Source of the DNA: Psammoneis japonica
Taxonomy: Eukaryota
Length of the DNA: 36,952 nt
Assembly: GCA_008632985.1 (NCBI GenBank)
Contig: QPGO01000373.1
Span: 1-36,952 of the forward strand
Reading direction: 5' to 3'
Below the pieces are notes generated by a model. The model had not been told where the DNA came from, made no database searches, and saw nothing but the letters and a program-made list of their open reading frames with translations. The position numbers and the translations under genes were made by a program. This document shows, in pieces, positions 1 through 11,259 of the stretch (the first letter of the stretch is position 1; each line of letters starts with the position of its first letter).

Positions 1-3000
1 GCAGTTCTGGCTCCACTTCACTTTGTTTCCACCAAGGTGGGTCGTGAAATTTCTAGAGTCAGAGTGAAATGAGCCCATGATGGGGTGAACCCAACTGACA
101 AGTGCAGGCAGAGGGCCATGGCTGTCTCCCGTGGTTGCCAGGGGTTGCTTTGACCACCAAGGTTGAGCACCAAAATGCCCATCTTGTGCATTTGTTGCCC
201 CACTTCACTTTGTTTCCACCAGGGTGGGAGATGAAATTTCTAGATTCAGTGTGAAATGAGCCCACAATGGCATGATCCCAACCCACAAGTGCAGGCAGAG
301 GGACATGGCTGTCTCCAGTGGGTGCCAAGGGACACTTTGACAACCAAGGTCAAGCACTGAAAGGCACATCTTGTGCAGTTCTGGCTCCACTTCACTTTGT
401 TTCCACCAAGATTGGTCATGAAACCACAAGAGTCAGTGTGAAATGAGCCCACAATGGCGTGATCCCAACCCACAAGTGCAGGCAGAAGGCCATGGCTGTC
501 TCCAGTGGGTGCCAAGGGACACTTTGACAACCAAGGTCAAGCACCAAATGGCACATCTTGTGCAGTTCTGGCTCCACTTCACTTTGTTTCCACCAAGGTG
601 GGTCATGAAATTTCTAGAGTCAGAGTGAAATGAGCCCATGATGGGGTGAACCCAACTGACAAGTGCAGGCAGAGGGCCATGGCTGTCTCCCGTGGTTGCC
701 AGGGGTCGCTTTGACCACCAAGGTTGAGCACCACAATGCCCATCTTGTGCATTTGTTGCCCCACTTCACTTTGTTTCCACCAGGGTGGGACATGAAATTT
801 CTAGATTCAGTGTGAAATGAGCCCACAATGGCATGATCCCAACCCACAAGTGCAGGCAGAGGGCCATGGCTGTCTCCAGTGGGTGCCAAGGGACACTTTG
901 ACAACCAAGGTCAAGCACCAAAAGGCACATCTTGTGCAGTTCTGGCTCCACTTCACTTTGTTTCCACCAAGGTTGGTCATGAAACCACTGGAGTCAGTGT
1001 GAAATGAGCCCACAATGGCGTGATCCCAACCCACAAGTGCAGGCAGAAGGCCATGGCTGTCTCCAGTGGGTGCCAAGGGACACTTTGACAACCAAGGTCA
1101 AGCACCAAAAGGCACATCTTGTGCAGTTCTGGCTCCACTTCACTTTGTTTCCACCAAGGACATGGGTCATGAAATTTCAAAACAATTGGTGAAATGAGCC
1201 CATGATGGGGTGAACCCAACTGACAAGTGCAGGCAGAGGGCCATGGCTGTCTCCCATGGTTGCCAGGGGTTGCTTTGATCACCAAGGTTGAGCACCAAAA
1301 GGCCCTTCTTGTGCAATTGTGGCCCCACTTCACTTTGTTTCCACCAGGGTGGGACATGAAATTTCTAGATTCAGTGTGAAATGAGCCCACAATGGCGTGA
1401 TCCCAACCCACAAGTGCAGGCAGAAGGCCATGGCTGTCTCCAGTGGGTGCCAAGGGACACTTTGACAACCAAGGTCAAGCACTAAAAGGCACATCTTGTG
1501 CAGTTCTGGCTCCACTTCACTTTGTTTCCACCAAGATTGGTCATGAAACCACAAGAGTCAGTGTGAAATGAGCCCACAATGGCGTGACCCCAACCCACAA
1601 GTGCAGGCAGAAGGCCATGGCTGTCTCCAGTGGGTGCCAAGGGACACTTTGACGACCAAGGTCAAGCACCAAATGGCACATCTTGTGCAGTTCTGGCTCC
1701 ACTTCACTTTGTTTCCACCAAGGTGGGTCATGAAATTTCCAGAGTCAGTGTGAAATGAGCCCACCAGGATGGGGTGAACCCAACTTACAAGTGCAGGCAG
1801 AGGGCCATGGCTGTCTCCCGTGGTTGCCAGGGGTTGCTTTGACCACCAAGGTTGAGCACCAAAGTGCCCATCTTGTGCATTTGTGGCCCCACTTCACTTT
1901 GTTTCCGCCAGGGTGGGACATGAAATTTCTAGATTCAGTGTGAAATGAGCCCACAATGGCGTGATCCCAACCCACAAGTGCAGGCAGAGGGCCATGGCTG
2001 TCTCCAGTGGGTGCCAAGGGACACTTTGACAACCAAGGTCAAGCACCAAAAGGCACATCTTGTGCAGTTCTGGCTCCACTTCACTTTGTTTCCACCAAGA
2101 TTGGTCATGAAACCACTAGAGTCAGAGTGAAATGAGCCCACAATGGGCCAAACCCAACTGACAAGTGCAGGCTGAGGGCCATGGCTGTCTACAGTGGGTG
2201 CCAAAGGACACTTTGACAACCAAGGTCAAGCATCAAAAGGCCCATCTTGTGCATTTGTGGCTCCACTTCACTTTGTTTCCACCAAGATGGGACATGAAAT
2301 TTCCAGAGTCAGTGTGAAATGAGCCCACCAGGATGGGGTGAACCCAACCCACAAGTGCAGGCAGAGGGCCGCAGCTGTCTCCAGTGGGTGCCAAGGGACA
2401 CTTTGACATCCAAGGTCAAGCACCACAAGTCCCATCTTGTGCACTTCTGGCTTCACTTCACTTTGTTTCCACCAAGATGGGGCACAAAATTTCTGGAGTC
2501 ATGGCGAAATGAGCCCATGATGGTGTGAACCCAACTCACAAGTTCAGCCAGAGGGCCTTGGCTGTCTTCAGTGGGTGCCAAGGAACACTTTGACAACCAA
2601 GGTTGAGCACCAGTGGGCTCATCTTGTGCAGTTGTGGCCACACTTGTTTCCACCAGAAGGGACATGAAGCTGCAAAAGACAGAGAGAAATGAGTCTGTGA
2701 CGGGGTGAGCCAAACCCACAAGTGCAGGCAGAGGGCTTGGTTGTCTCTGGCAGGTGCCAGGCAACACTTTGACAATCTAGGTTGATTGATGCAAGGCTCA
2801 TCTTGTGCAGCTGTGGCTTCACTTCACTTTGTCACCTCCATGATGAGACGTGAAGAAATTGCAAAAGAAAGAGTGCTGGAGTGAGCCCATTGTGGGGCCA
2901 GCCAATGCCAGCAAGAGCAAGCAGATGGCAATTGCTGCATCTGTTCTGACCCAGGTGACACATTGAGGACCTTGGTGGAGTGCTGCAAGGCCGCTCTTGT

Positions 3001-3050
3001 GCAGCTGTGGTTGCACTGCACTTTGCCCACACAAGGAGGACGGCCAATCA
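1..3050. repeat. Tandem satellite, ~187-bp monomer with ~561-bp 3-mer higher-order repeat; decays towards the right edge; runs off the left end of the window
   Basis: GCAGTTCTGGCTCCACTTCACTTTGTTTCCACC recurs at 1, 375 and 562. Monomer variant B (CCATGATGGGGTGAACCCAACTGAC) alternates with two A monomers (CCACAATGGCRTGATCCCAACCCAC). Copies after ~2130 are progressively more diverged. Confidence 0.95.
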
Positions 3051-3369
3051 TCTTTTGTGTGCAGGAGTTGCTTGTGGCCCCTCTGCACCTCATTCACGAG
3101 AATGAGACATGTGCTGTCAGTGGGTGTGTGGGTTGTTTTTGGCAAGCAAGTTGTTTTCCAAAAAGGAAGATGGGGGCAAATGGGGGCTTGCTTGAAGGGG
3201 GGTGAATCAAAAAGCACGCGAAACCTTTCTGCATGGCACCATTGTCGCGCGACAGCGCGCGATGCTGTCACAGATTTTCTTGCACCAGGAGCTCGTTTTC
3301 TGACAAACAAGTAGACTTCAGGCAAGTAGAAGTAGATTAAGTGGGTTTCGAGCTATTTAGCAAGAAAAC

Positions 3370-5590
3370 GTCATGATGTCAACAGTTGATTTTTTCGGTG
3401 GCACTTGTGAACACACAAATGAATTTGCACTCCATCCTTTTCCTGAACTTTGATCTGTCGGCATTTTCGACACGAGCACGCGATGACAACAACAAGGCAT
3501 GCTTGCATGTGTCATGGCCACAAGCTGTGAGGCGTGCCGTCACATTTGGATTGAACTCGGGGATCTTGATGTCGAAAGCAGCCATTTGTTTGACATTCGT
3601 GATTTTTCATCGCCCACAAACTGGGATTTCAACTGAGTCGAGTTGATGTTGGACGTGTTTCAAAGCACTGCGTTTGATGAAACAATTGAGGGCTCTGGAA
3701 TTATGGCATTTTATGCCATGGAGACTTAAAACAGCAAATGGGTTGACAGTCAAGCAGTGATCAGGTTTGCCAACATTTCCAAAAATGTGACAACAAAAAT
3801 TGCATGGCTCAACAACCAACAACATCTCAAGAGATAGAAACAAGAAAAGTCACTCCTCTTTGCACTTGAATTAAAAGAGACAACAATGCACAACAAACAT
3901 TTGAGAAGGACAAGAAGCTCTTGAATGCATGAAACAAGAAGGGAGTCAATGAATCGCTCTTGTTTCGAACCTCTTGACCTGTTCTCTCCATGATGGTGGT
4001 TGGTTGAAAGGTTGGTGGTGGTTTTTTATGTGACTTGCAGCTTGAGGCATGTTGATGCATGAACACATGGCCCATGTGCAGTGTCACCTTTGGAATGTGC
4101 CACTTGTGGAGCTTGAGTGGACAGCTCTCTGTGCCCAAGCTTTGTCCGCCAAATGCTCCGTCAAAGTCCAGATGCTGCCCCATCCCACCCGACCATTGAC
4201 ACAAAACAGTTCTTGCAAAATGTTGTTGCCTGTTTCCCTCTTCCTCTGCAGAGCAACTCTCTTGGGGACAGTGCTCAAGAATGCTTTCCAACTTGCCAGC
4301 CAAGACACCCAACTTGGGGCTGTGTGGGCTCGAATCTCTCTCAAGACAACTGGTGTGGCAATGCTGAGTCCTCCCTCCTGTTTGACTTCCCAGGAATGCA
4401 CCCAGACCTCCTGCATGCTGGGTTGCTGTCTTTGTTGGCTTTGTCAGCAGGATGTGCCAAGGCTGCTCTGGCCATGTGTGCGCCTGGCTGGCACCACAGT
4501 GCAAGGACAGGTTCGACAACACTTTCTGCTGTCAGCAAAGAGTGTGAGCTGGCTGGGCTGCTGAACCCCACACTTCACAGCTCCTCGGCAGTCATTTCAA
4601 ATCAAGTGCCAACTTGGGGTCAACTGCACCTGGCTGGTTGCAATGCAAAGACAGCTGTGGCAGCACTTTGTGTCAACAAAGAAAGTGTGAGCTGGCTGGG
4701 CTCCCAACCCCACACTTCACAGCCCCTCAGCACTGGCTCCCAATCAAATGCCAACTTGGAGCCATGGGCTGTGAAGCCATTGTTGCAAATCCCTGTGCCT
4801 GACCCCTCACACAGCTTTGGACAGGGTCAACATGTGCAGCAAGCCACCACAAGACAGAGCAATGTGGGGTGAGTGCAGCACAGCTTGAACAAGCAAATCA
4901 TGCTGAGATCACCCAGAGTTGGCTGCTGTCCTGGGGCTCCATTCAAAGCTTAGCTGGGCTGCTTGGCTCCTTGGTGTGCAGCACATGCTTGGCATCACAT
5001 TCTTGTCACCAAGCAGCCACATGGCATGTGCCCACTGTTTGTGCCTGCAACAGCAACCCCGGCCACAAAAAAGCCAACAAAAAGTTGAACCTGCTTTTGT
5101 GGTTGAAGAATGAAAAAATTGGCAATGCAAAGTGGGCAACCAAAGAGAAGTGCCAAAAATGGCTGTTCTCGCTCATTTCTCAAGAGGAGCTTGCACTCAT
5201 GATGCAGGAGGGTCTGAAGCAAGCACCAGTCGAGATGACAATTTTTTTCTCTCTGCCCAACTTAAAACACAGCCTTTGAGTCAATGTGGTGCTCTTTCAA
5301 CAATTCATGCACACTGGGAGGAGCAGCTGGAGCCAGATGAGGGCAGCTGGCCTGGCAGGGCTTGGCTGACACCCAAGCTGGGCTGCTCAGCTTGGTGGCA
5401 TGCACTCAGCGTCACATTGTCACCCTCCTGCAGCTGCAATGTGCCTCACTCTTTGCACCTGCAGCAACCACCCTGGACCAAAAGAAGCCAGTGCAACTCT
5501 GCTGGCCCTGGTTGCATGGTCAATGATTGTGTGTGTGTGTTCAACGGTCGCATCCCCTCTTTTTTTCTCTTTTCCTTTGACCGGCCACGA
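3370..5590. other. TpA-depleted degenerate sequence of unknown origin (relic TE or duplicated gene)
   Basis: Almost no TA dinucleotides, strong CA/TG excess and no protein motif I recognise. Contains a diverged ~143-bp direct duplication (~4520-4620 and ~4663-4760). Confidence 0.4.
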
Positions 5591-6236
5591 ACATGAAAAA
5601 ATTGCCAGTTATTCAGTGACTCCGTTTAAAAGAGTCATCCGTGAGATCATGACCTCGTATAGTCTCCTATAGAAAAATACGTCTACAAGCAGTCATGTAT
5701 GTTCTCAAGAATGTCGAGGTCATCTTCACGACATTTTGGAAATTTGTCGACATAGAGATATCCAACGTGGATCTCACGTGGCGCCAAAATTGATGTTTTG
5801 CAAGTCGTGGGTCATTTCAGAGACAAAATTGTCGCTCACAAAGTCATCATCGTTTCCCCGCATTCTGGATAATTTCGTTTCTCCGCAAGCTATCAAGGGG
5901 GCAAACCGGTACCGGTAAGACCCACCTCGATTGTGATCTCGGTTCATAAACAAATCCAGAATTGCAGAGCCGACAAGAGGTCATTACATTCGTGAAATTT
6001 GTTCTCTGCACCAAATTCAAAAAACGCAAATCGGGTGTTCTGTGTGCGAGTCATTTGAACCCCGCACATTTCACCGTTTATTTTGTTCACACAAAATTGA
6101 ATTCTCACATCAACTTCAGTGATCACAAGTCTCGAATAGGTACGTGATAATGAGAAACATAGATGATAACTAATAGTTCGCAACTCTTATTCTCACTTCT
6201 TTGCCCGAAAACCTAGAACAGAGTCTCGACATCACC

Positions 6237-7118
6237 ATGAATGAAACGCAAACCACAGTTCATTCTTTCGAAAATTTCACCACCGCTCCATCCTCGAAGA
6301 CGACTAAGAAGCGAAAATACAAGAAATCAAAGCCTCTGGATGCCCCCAAAAGACCTCTCAGTGCCTACAACATCTTCTTCCAAAGAGAACGTCAAAAGAT
6401 TGTAACGTCCTCCGCTATGCCAGATCCTCCGCCGAATAATAAACGGCGAGACCGAACCGTTCATGGCAAGATTAGCTTTGAAGATTTGGCCCGTACGGTA
6501 GGAAGCAGGTGGAAGACATTGGATAAAAGGACCAGAGCGAATTTTGAAGCCGAAGCCCAAACTGAGAGAGAACGCTATGCGATGGAAGTACGAGCCTGGC
6601 ACGAGATGCAACTAGGTAAAGGAAGGAAAAAGAGAGGGCGAAAGACATCGTACCAAGTCCACAAGTCGTCAAGAGCTGATTCGGTGAAAGCTCCCACCCC
6701 TCTTGTCACACCCACGTCTGGTGCAAAGGATCGACACAGGGATGTCACGGATGAAACCATTCCCAAGGAAATCCTTGTCCCATCCAACCTAAACAGTCGC
6801 CATCGCGCCCCAAGGTCTCCCGGCTCCATTCTTTTTGCTGTTCCCGCGCTAACCAGAGATCCCTACTTTGACCCAAATGCCCACCGCGAGTGTTTGGAAC
6901 TCACAATGCAAACCATTGAAAACGCAAAGGCGGCTCTCAAGGCGGCAAATCTACCAAAGGCTTGCGTCACTCCTAGCGAGGTCGACACTTTGGATACCTT
7001 TGATGCCAACTTCTGGGGAGAAGAAGAGGAACGACTCTTGTTGTGTCAAGACTTTTTGGCAACTCCACGAGTGTCGCTTGGATCGTTTTCCGAACAAGTC
7101 GAAGCCAACCACTCATAG
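6237..7118 (+). CDS. HMG-box DNA-binding protein (diatom-type)
   Basis: Uninterrupted ORF from the ATG at 6237. PKRPLSAYNIFFQRER...HGKISFEDLARTVGSRWK...ERERY is an HMG box. Normal TA and Tyr content. Confidence 0.9.
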   Translation: MNETQTTVHSFENFTTAPSSKTTKKRKYKKSKPLDAPKRPLSAYNIFFQRERQKIVTSSAMPDPPPNNKRRDRTVHGKISFEDLARTVGSRWKTLDKRTRANFEAEAQTERERYAMEVRAWHEMQLGKGRKKRGRKTSYQVHKSSRADSVKAPTPLVTPTSGAKDRHRDVTDETIPKEILVPSNLNSRHRAPRSPGSILFAVPALTRDPYFDPNAHRECLELTMQTIENAKAALKAANLPKACVTPSEVDTLDTFDANFWGEEEERLLLCQDFLATPRVSLGSFSEQVEANHS

Positions 7119-7196
7119 CGCAATCTCAGATACAAAAAGCTTTTCATCAAACCAATCTCTCTATAGATACTCGTTAAAGTAGTTTCATTACGACAC

Positions 7197-9104
7197 TCAC
7201 TGTTCGTTGGCTACCTTGTAGGCAATTTTATCGGGTCTCGCAACATCCCAAACCACCACGCTTACGACTTGCTCTTGTCTACATTCATTCAGTGTCAACG
7301 CGTCTGCGCCATTAAGCATGCTGGAGGATTCCAGCGCATGAGTATACACGACAAAGTAATGAGAACCAATGTCGTTGTCCTCCTTGTCGGAATTCTTGTC
7401 GTTTGTTGGAGAGGAATGCTGTTGTTGCTGTTGCTTGTGCATGATCATTTGCTCGGACGTGGCACTCACGAGCTCGTTGAGTGCACACGGCAAAATGGGC
7501 CCAACAAGTTCCACGGCACCATCTTTTTCGTTTCGAACTGTCAAGCGTTTCAAACACGAGTGTAAAAAGGGTCCGACGGTTCGTGTCAATAACAAAGGAA
7601 CACGGCGGTCGCCGTCGTCAAGGCCATGCGTGTTAAGGTACACCTCCAAGAACAAATCGACATTGTCTTGTTCCGAACTAATACAAATCGAAACGGACTT
7701 GTTGTCGGTGCTCGTTGTAATGGCATGCTTGACCTTGATGGAAACATCGGCACCCGCGGTAGTGCCGTGGACTTGTGCTTGTCGCAACGCTTCCAATTCG
7801 TCGCGGACATCATCGCTACTGCTCTGTGGAAGAGAGTTTTCTGTAACTGTCTTTTGCAACTGCTCAAACTCGACACCCTTTGATTCTAACTCATTTCGCA
7901 TTCGCTTTGTTGTTTTCGACAAGACAATGAGTGGTTTGTTTTCTTTGTTGAATCGAAACACGGCCGTGTGATTGTCCGCCAAGGCATAAAAGCATGCATT
8001 ATGGGGAGCCGCATCATTCTGGCTACTAGTATCCAACCACGACATGTACAGGGACCGAAAGGCTTGTTGCCATTCGCGTTTTTGGAACTCTGGATGTAAC
8101 GTTTCGTTGGAAGTACCTTCCAAGGGATTGGAAAAGCGTTGCATTTCGGCAAACCAAGCGGCGTCCCGCCCGCCCGTGTCGAATGCCGACTTTGCGGGAG
8201 GTTTTGCATCCGAGGTTGGTAAAATCATGTTGTTTTCCTCGTGTTCTATACTCTTGCGGTACGCCGGATATTGCCAATAATACTCTGCAGCTTGAGGTGA
8301 TGGTTTGGATTGTAGAAATTGTTGCATTCCACTTTCTGTGTTGTTGTCTGGCAGCAAGATGGGATGGTTCTCCATTCTTACACGCCGTTTAATGGAATAA
8401 TCCATCACGCCATTCTCCAAATCCGCCTCGTGCCAATCGTCATGTTGCGGTATTGGGGAAAGTAGCTGTTGCTTTTCCGGAGACGACGATGCTTTTCGAA
8501 ACGGAGACTGCAAGACGCTGTCCAACACGGAAAGCAATCCAAAGCCCCCGGGACTCCTCGCTGCAGCAGCTGTTGTTGTTGGAGTTTTGCGTGCCGGTGT
8601 TGTTGGGAGATTGGAATCCCAAGACACGTGACTTGTTTTTGTGGGTGACACCTCCTTGTCATCATTGCTGGGTGGCGTCGTTCGTTCCATGACGGCTCCA
8701 AACAACGAAGACGCTGATGATTTGCTTTTACTGCTGCGGCTTTCTGTAATGTTGCTTTCTTCTTGTGAGCATGGCAATTTTGTTTCTTCTGCTAAAAACA
8801 GTGATCGAGATGACGTGGATTTTCTTGATAATTTCGAAAAACTCGTAGTATTACCAGGAGAAAAGGTGGGAAGCGGCCTCAAGGAGGAGGACGACACGGG
8901 CAAACTGTTGGATCGTTGCAGCACGGGGCGTTTTTTGGATTGAGAGAGCTTCATACTGCCGGACCGTTTCAACTGCCGCCGTTTGCGAATCTGTCGTTTG
9001 CGTTCCTGCGCACTCATGACGGGAGACAACATGCTACTGCTACTACTAGTTTCATCCTTGTTGCTATTGTTGCTTTGAGATGACGACGACGACATCATGA
9101 TCAT
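7197..9104 (-). CDS. DONSON: DONSON (downstream neighbour of SON) family replication factor
   Basis: 635-aa intact ORF with a Ser-rich N-terminus. Motifs YWQYPA, WQQAFRSLY, FYALADNHTAVFR, TTKRMRNEL..KGVEF, VPLLL...PF and ELVGPILP match DONSON blocks as I recall them; not database-checked. Confidence 0.8.
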   Translation of the reverse strand: MIMMSSSSSQSNNSNKDETSSSSSMLSPVMSAQERKRQIRKRRQLKRSGSMKLSQSKKRPVLQRSNSLPVSSSSLRPLPTFSPGNTTSFSKLSRKSTSSRSLFLAEETKLPCSQEESNITESRSSKSKSSASSLFGAVMERTTPPSNDDKEVSPTKTSHVSWDSNLPTTPARKTPTTTAAAARSPGGFGLLSVLDSVLQSPFRKASSSPEKQQLLSPIPQHDDWHEADLENGVMDYSIKRRVRMENHPILLPDNNTESGMQQFLQSKPSPQAAEYYWQYPAYRKSIEHEENNMILPTSDAKPPAKSAFDTGGRDAAWFAEMQRFSNPLEGTSNETLHPEFQKREWQQAFRSLYMSWLDTSSQNDAAPHNACFYALADNHTAVFRFNKENKPLIVLSKTTKRMRNELESKGVEFEQLQKTVTENSLPQSSSDDVRDELEALRQAQVHGTTAGADVSIKVKHAITTSTDNKSVSICISSEQDNVDLFLEVYLNTHGLDDGDRRVPLLLTRTVGPFLHSCLKRLTVRNEKDGAVELVGPILPCALNELVSATSEQMIMHKQQQQQHSSPTNDKNSDKEDNDIGSHYFVVYTHALESSSMLNGADALTLNECRQEQVVSVVVWDVARPDKIAYKVANEQ

Positions 9105-9689
9105 GGTGCAAATCTGCGAGTTGTGTTGTTACTGACGACCGTCTGCCCGAGTGAGGGTTTTGAGTTGTTGTGTATGTACTGGTATAACTCCTACATACGA
9201 AGCTGTATACTATGAAACGAGTAAAAATTTTCGGTTTTGAATTTTTCCCGAAATTTTTTGTCAGGGCGTCTATAAAATAACCTTGGATGCGCAATGCCCT
9301 ACTTCGTCGATTTATCATCAGAGCGAGAAAAAGTCAAGTAAACAACCATCTGAAACGACAGCGATGATCGATGGTGGATGCAGCTGCAAGTTAAAGGTTG
9401 ACAGCAGCCACTCAAGGCCCCAAGACTTGAGTCATTGACAGAGCAAGCAATCACAACACAGTCTGACCTTGCTTCATTTTGGAGCAGCTGCTGCCAGCGC
9501 CAGCCCCGAATGTGACGTGGATTTGAAATTGCTGTTTCCCGATGCCATTGAGCATGGCACAGCAGAAGAAGTTCACAGCACTCTTCATGGGGTCATTGTC
9601 CAGTGGCTCTGAAGCCCTGCTGCTCTCATCAACATCCAGGCATGAGAAGTTTGCCACACCTTCAAAAATTGTGTGAGACAAAATGGGTG

Positions 9690-11255
9690 CACAACAGGTG
9701 TTGCTTTTGCACCAGGTTGATGATTTCTCCATTGCAGGTCCAGATGAGTTGCACACAACTAAGATTTTCAAAATTTGTCCAAATTGTCATCTCCACTCAA
9801 GAAACTTGTTGGTTCATGGACGATGCATTTGGTGGGGCGGGCAGACATCCATCAATGTGATGACTCTGTTTCAACTGCATGTCATGCACACCTGGGTTGC
9901 ATGTTTGTTTCACATGGCTGGGACAAGATTGCCAAAGATGATGATGCAATGGACTCCAAAGCTGCTGATTTGCCTGTGAGAATTTTGTCAAGAAGTTGTG
10001 CAAGGAAATGGCCCTCGTGGAGGCACTGCAAGTTTGGCAAACTTGCTGCAGAGGCTGGTTTTGGTTGCTGCACCCCCCTTGGTGAATTGTTGCATGCACA
10101 CAATTGTGACATGGTCCAAGTTTGCATCTGCTCTGGACATTGTCCATTGCTCTGCTTTGAAGAGTGTGGCCAAGCATTTTTGTCAGACCAACTGTTGGGA
10201 CACCAACTGCAAAAAACCCATTTGGGACAGCACTCCACTTGCTTGCCCACACTTGCCCACATCAGCAACTTGAGGAGGATCCACATCTTCCTGTGTTTCC
10301 CAAAATTGACAGACTTTCTTAATTGGCTGCCTTCTTGGATGCTGCTGCCAAAAGCAAAAGCCTGCACAATTGGCGCTCTGTGACTGGGTCTGTGTGTGCA
10401 TGTCAGCTGATGCAGCTGCAGCACATCAGTGCAAGACTCAGACAGTGGTGGCAACAAGTTCCACAGAGGCCAAGTTTTGCTGTGTTGTGGGCAACACTGC
10501 CAAGATGGTTCTTTGCTTTTGTTCTCTTCCTTGTGTCTTGCATGAGAGTTGGGTTTTGCTTGCACAGAAGGACTCTGCACCAGCACAACAACAAGAAGCT
10601 CATCATCAAGATTGTCAACAAGCAGAGTCCCACCGAGCAATCGGGGCACATTGACATGCAACATTTTGCAATCCAAGACTGGAAGGATGCCGAACATTTT
10701 GTTGCTGGACATGTTCCTGGCATCATTGACCCAAGCAATGACCTCAGCAAGGCACTCTTGGGTGGATGCTTCACATGCTCATCATGCTCCACGAATGATG
10801 GGAAATTGCCATTTGGTGTGGTTGGCACATTTTTTGGGATCATGTGGAATCACCCATTGGAAATTTGGGGTGCATGGATTTGTTCGGTTGACATTTCTGT
10901 TTCTGTTTGTTGGTGCATTTGCCATCAATTGCTTGTTGTCTGGCACATCTCTTTCTTCCTGTGTGACCTGCCCAGACTTCACAGACTGTGAGTGCAGAGC
11001 AGGGGAGGGTGTCAGCTTGCCCCCATGTGTGGGTTGCAGTCAGATGACTGTTTGGGAATGGTTGATGACTGGACCATTTCAGACAGCAGAGATGATCTCC
11101 ATCTGAGATCCTCTCATTCTTGACTGCAAGTGCACGTCTCACATTCACTGCCCAGTCCTTCAGGAGTCTTTCACCCCACAGCTGCCTCATCCTTTCCAGC
11201 ATGATCCTGACATTCAAAGCACCCCAGTTGCCTCATTCCTTTCAGCATCCTGACA
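9690..11255 (+). mobile_element. Degenerate Ty1/copia (CoDi-like) 3' remnant: RT, RNase H, PPT and LTR
   Basis: Broken frames carry LHQVDDFSIA (RT), PLGELLHAH, TVVATSSTEAKF and HIDMQHFAIQDW...PGIIDPSNDLSK (Copia RNase H). PPT AGCAGGGGAGGG precedes TGTCAG at 11010; CTGACA ends at 11212 and again at 11255. Confidence 0.85.
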
Positions 11256-11259
11256 TTTG

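Noticed and set aside
1..3050. CRISPR array or repeat-protein ORFs in satellite 1
   Set aside because: There are no unique spacers, and 187 is not a multiple of 3, so frames rotate between monomers.
3379..5596. Long overlapping ORFs such as 4117..4872 and 3827..4522
   Set aside because: They are Tyr-free, lack recognisable motifs and are explained by stop-codon loss in TA-depleted DNA.
6201..6236. TTG start for the HMG gene given in the ORF track
   Set aside because: In a eukaryotic context the first in-frame ATG, at 6237, is preferred.
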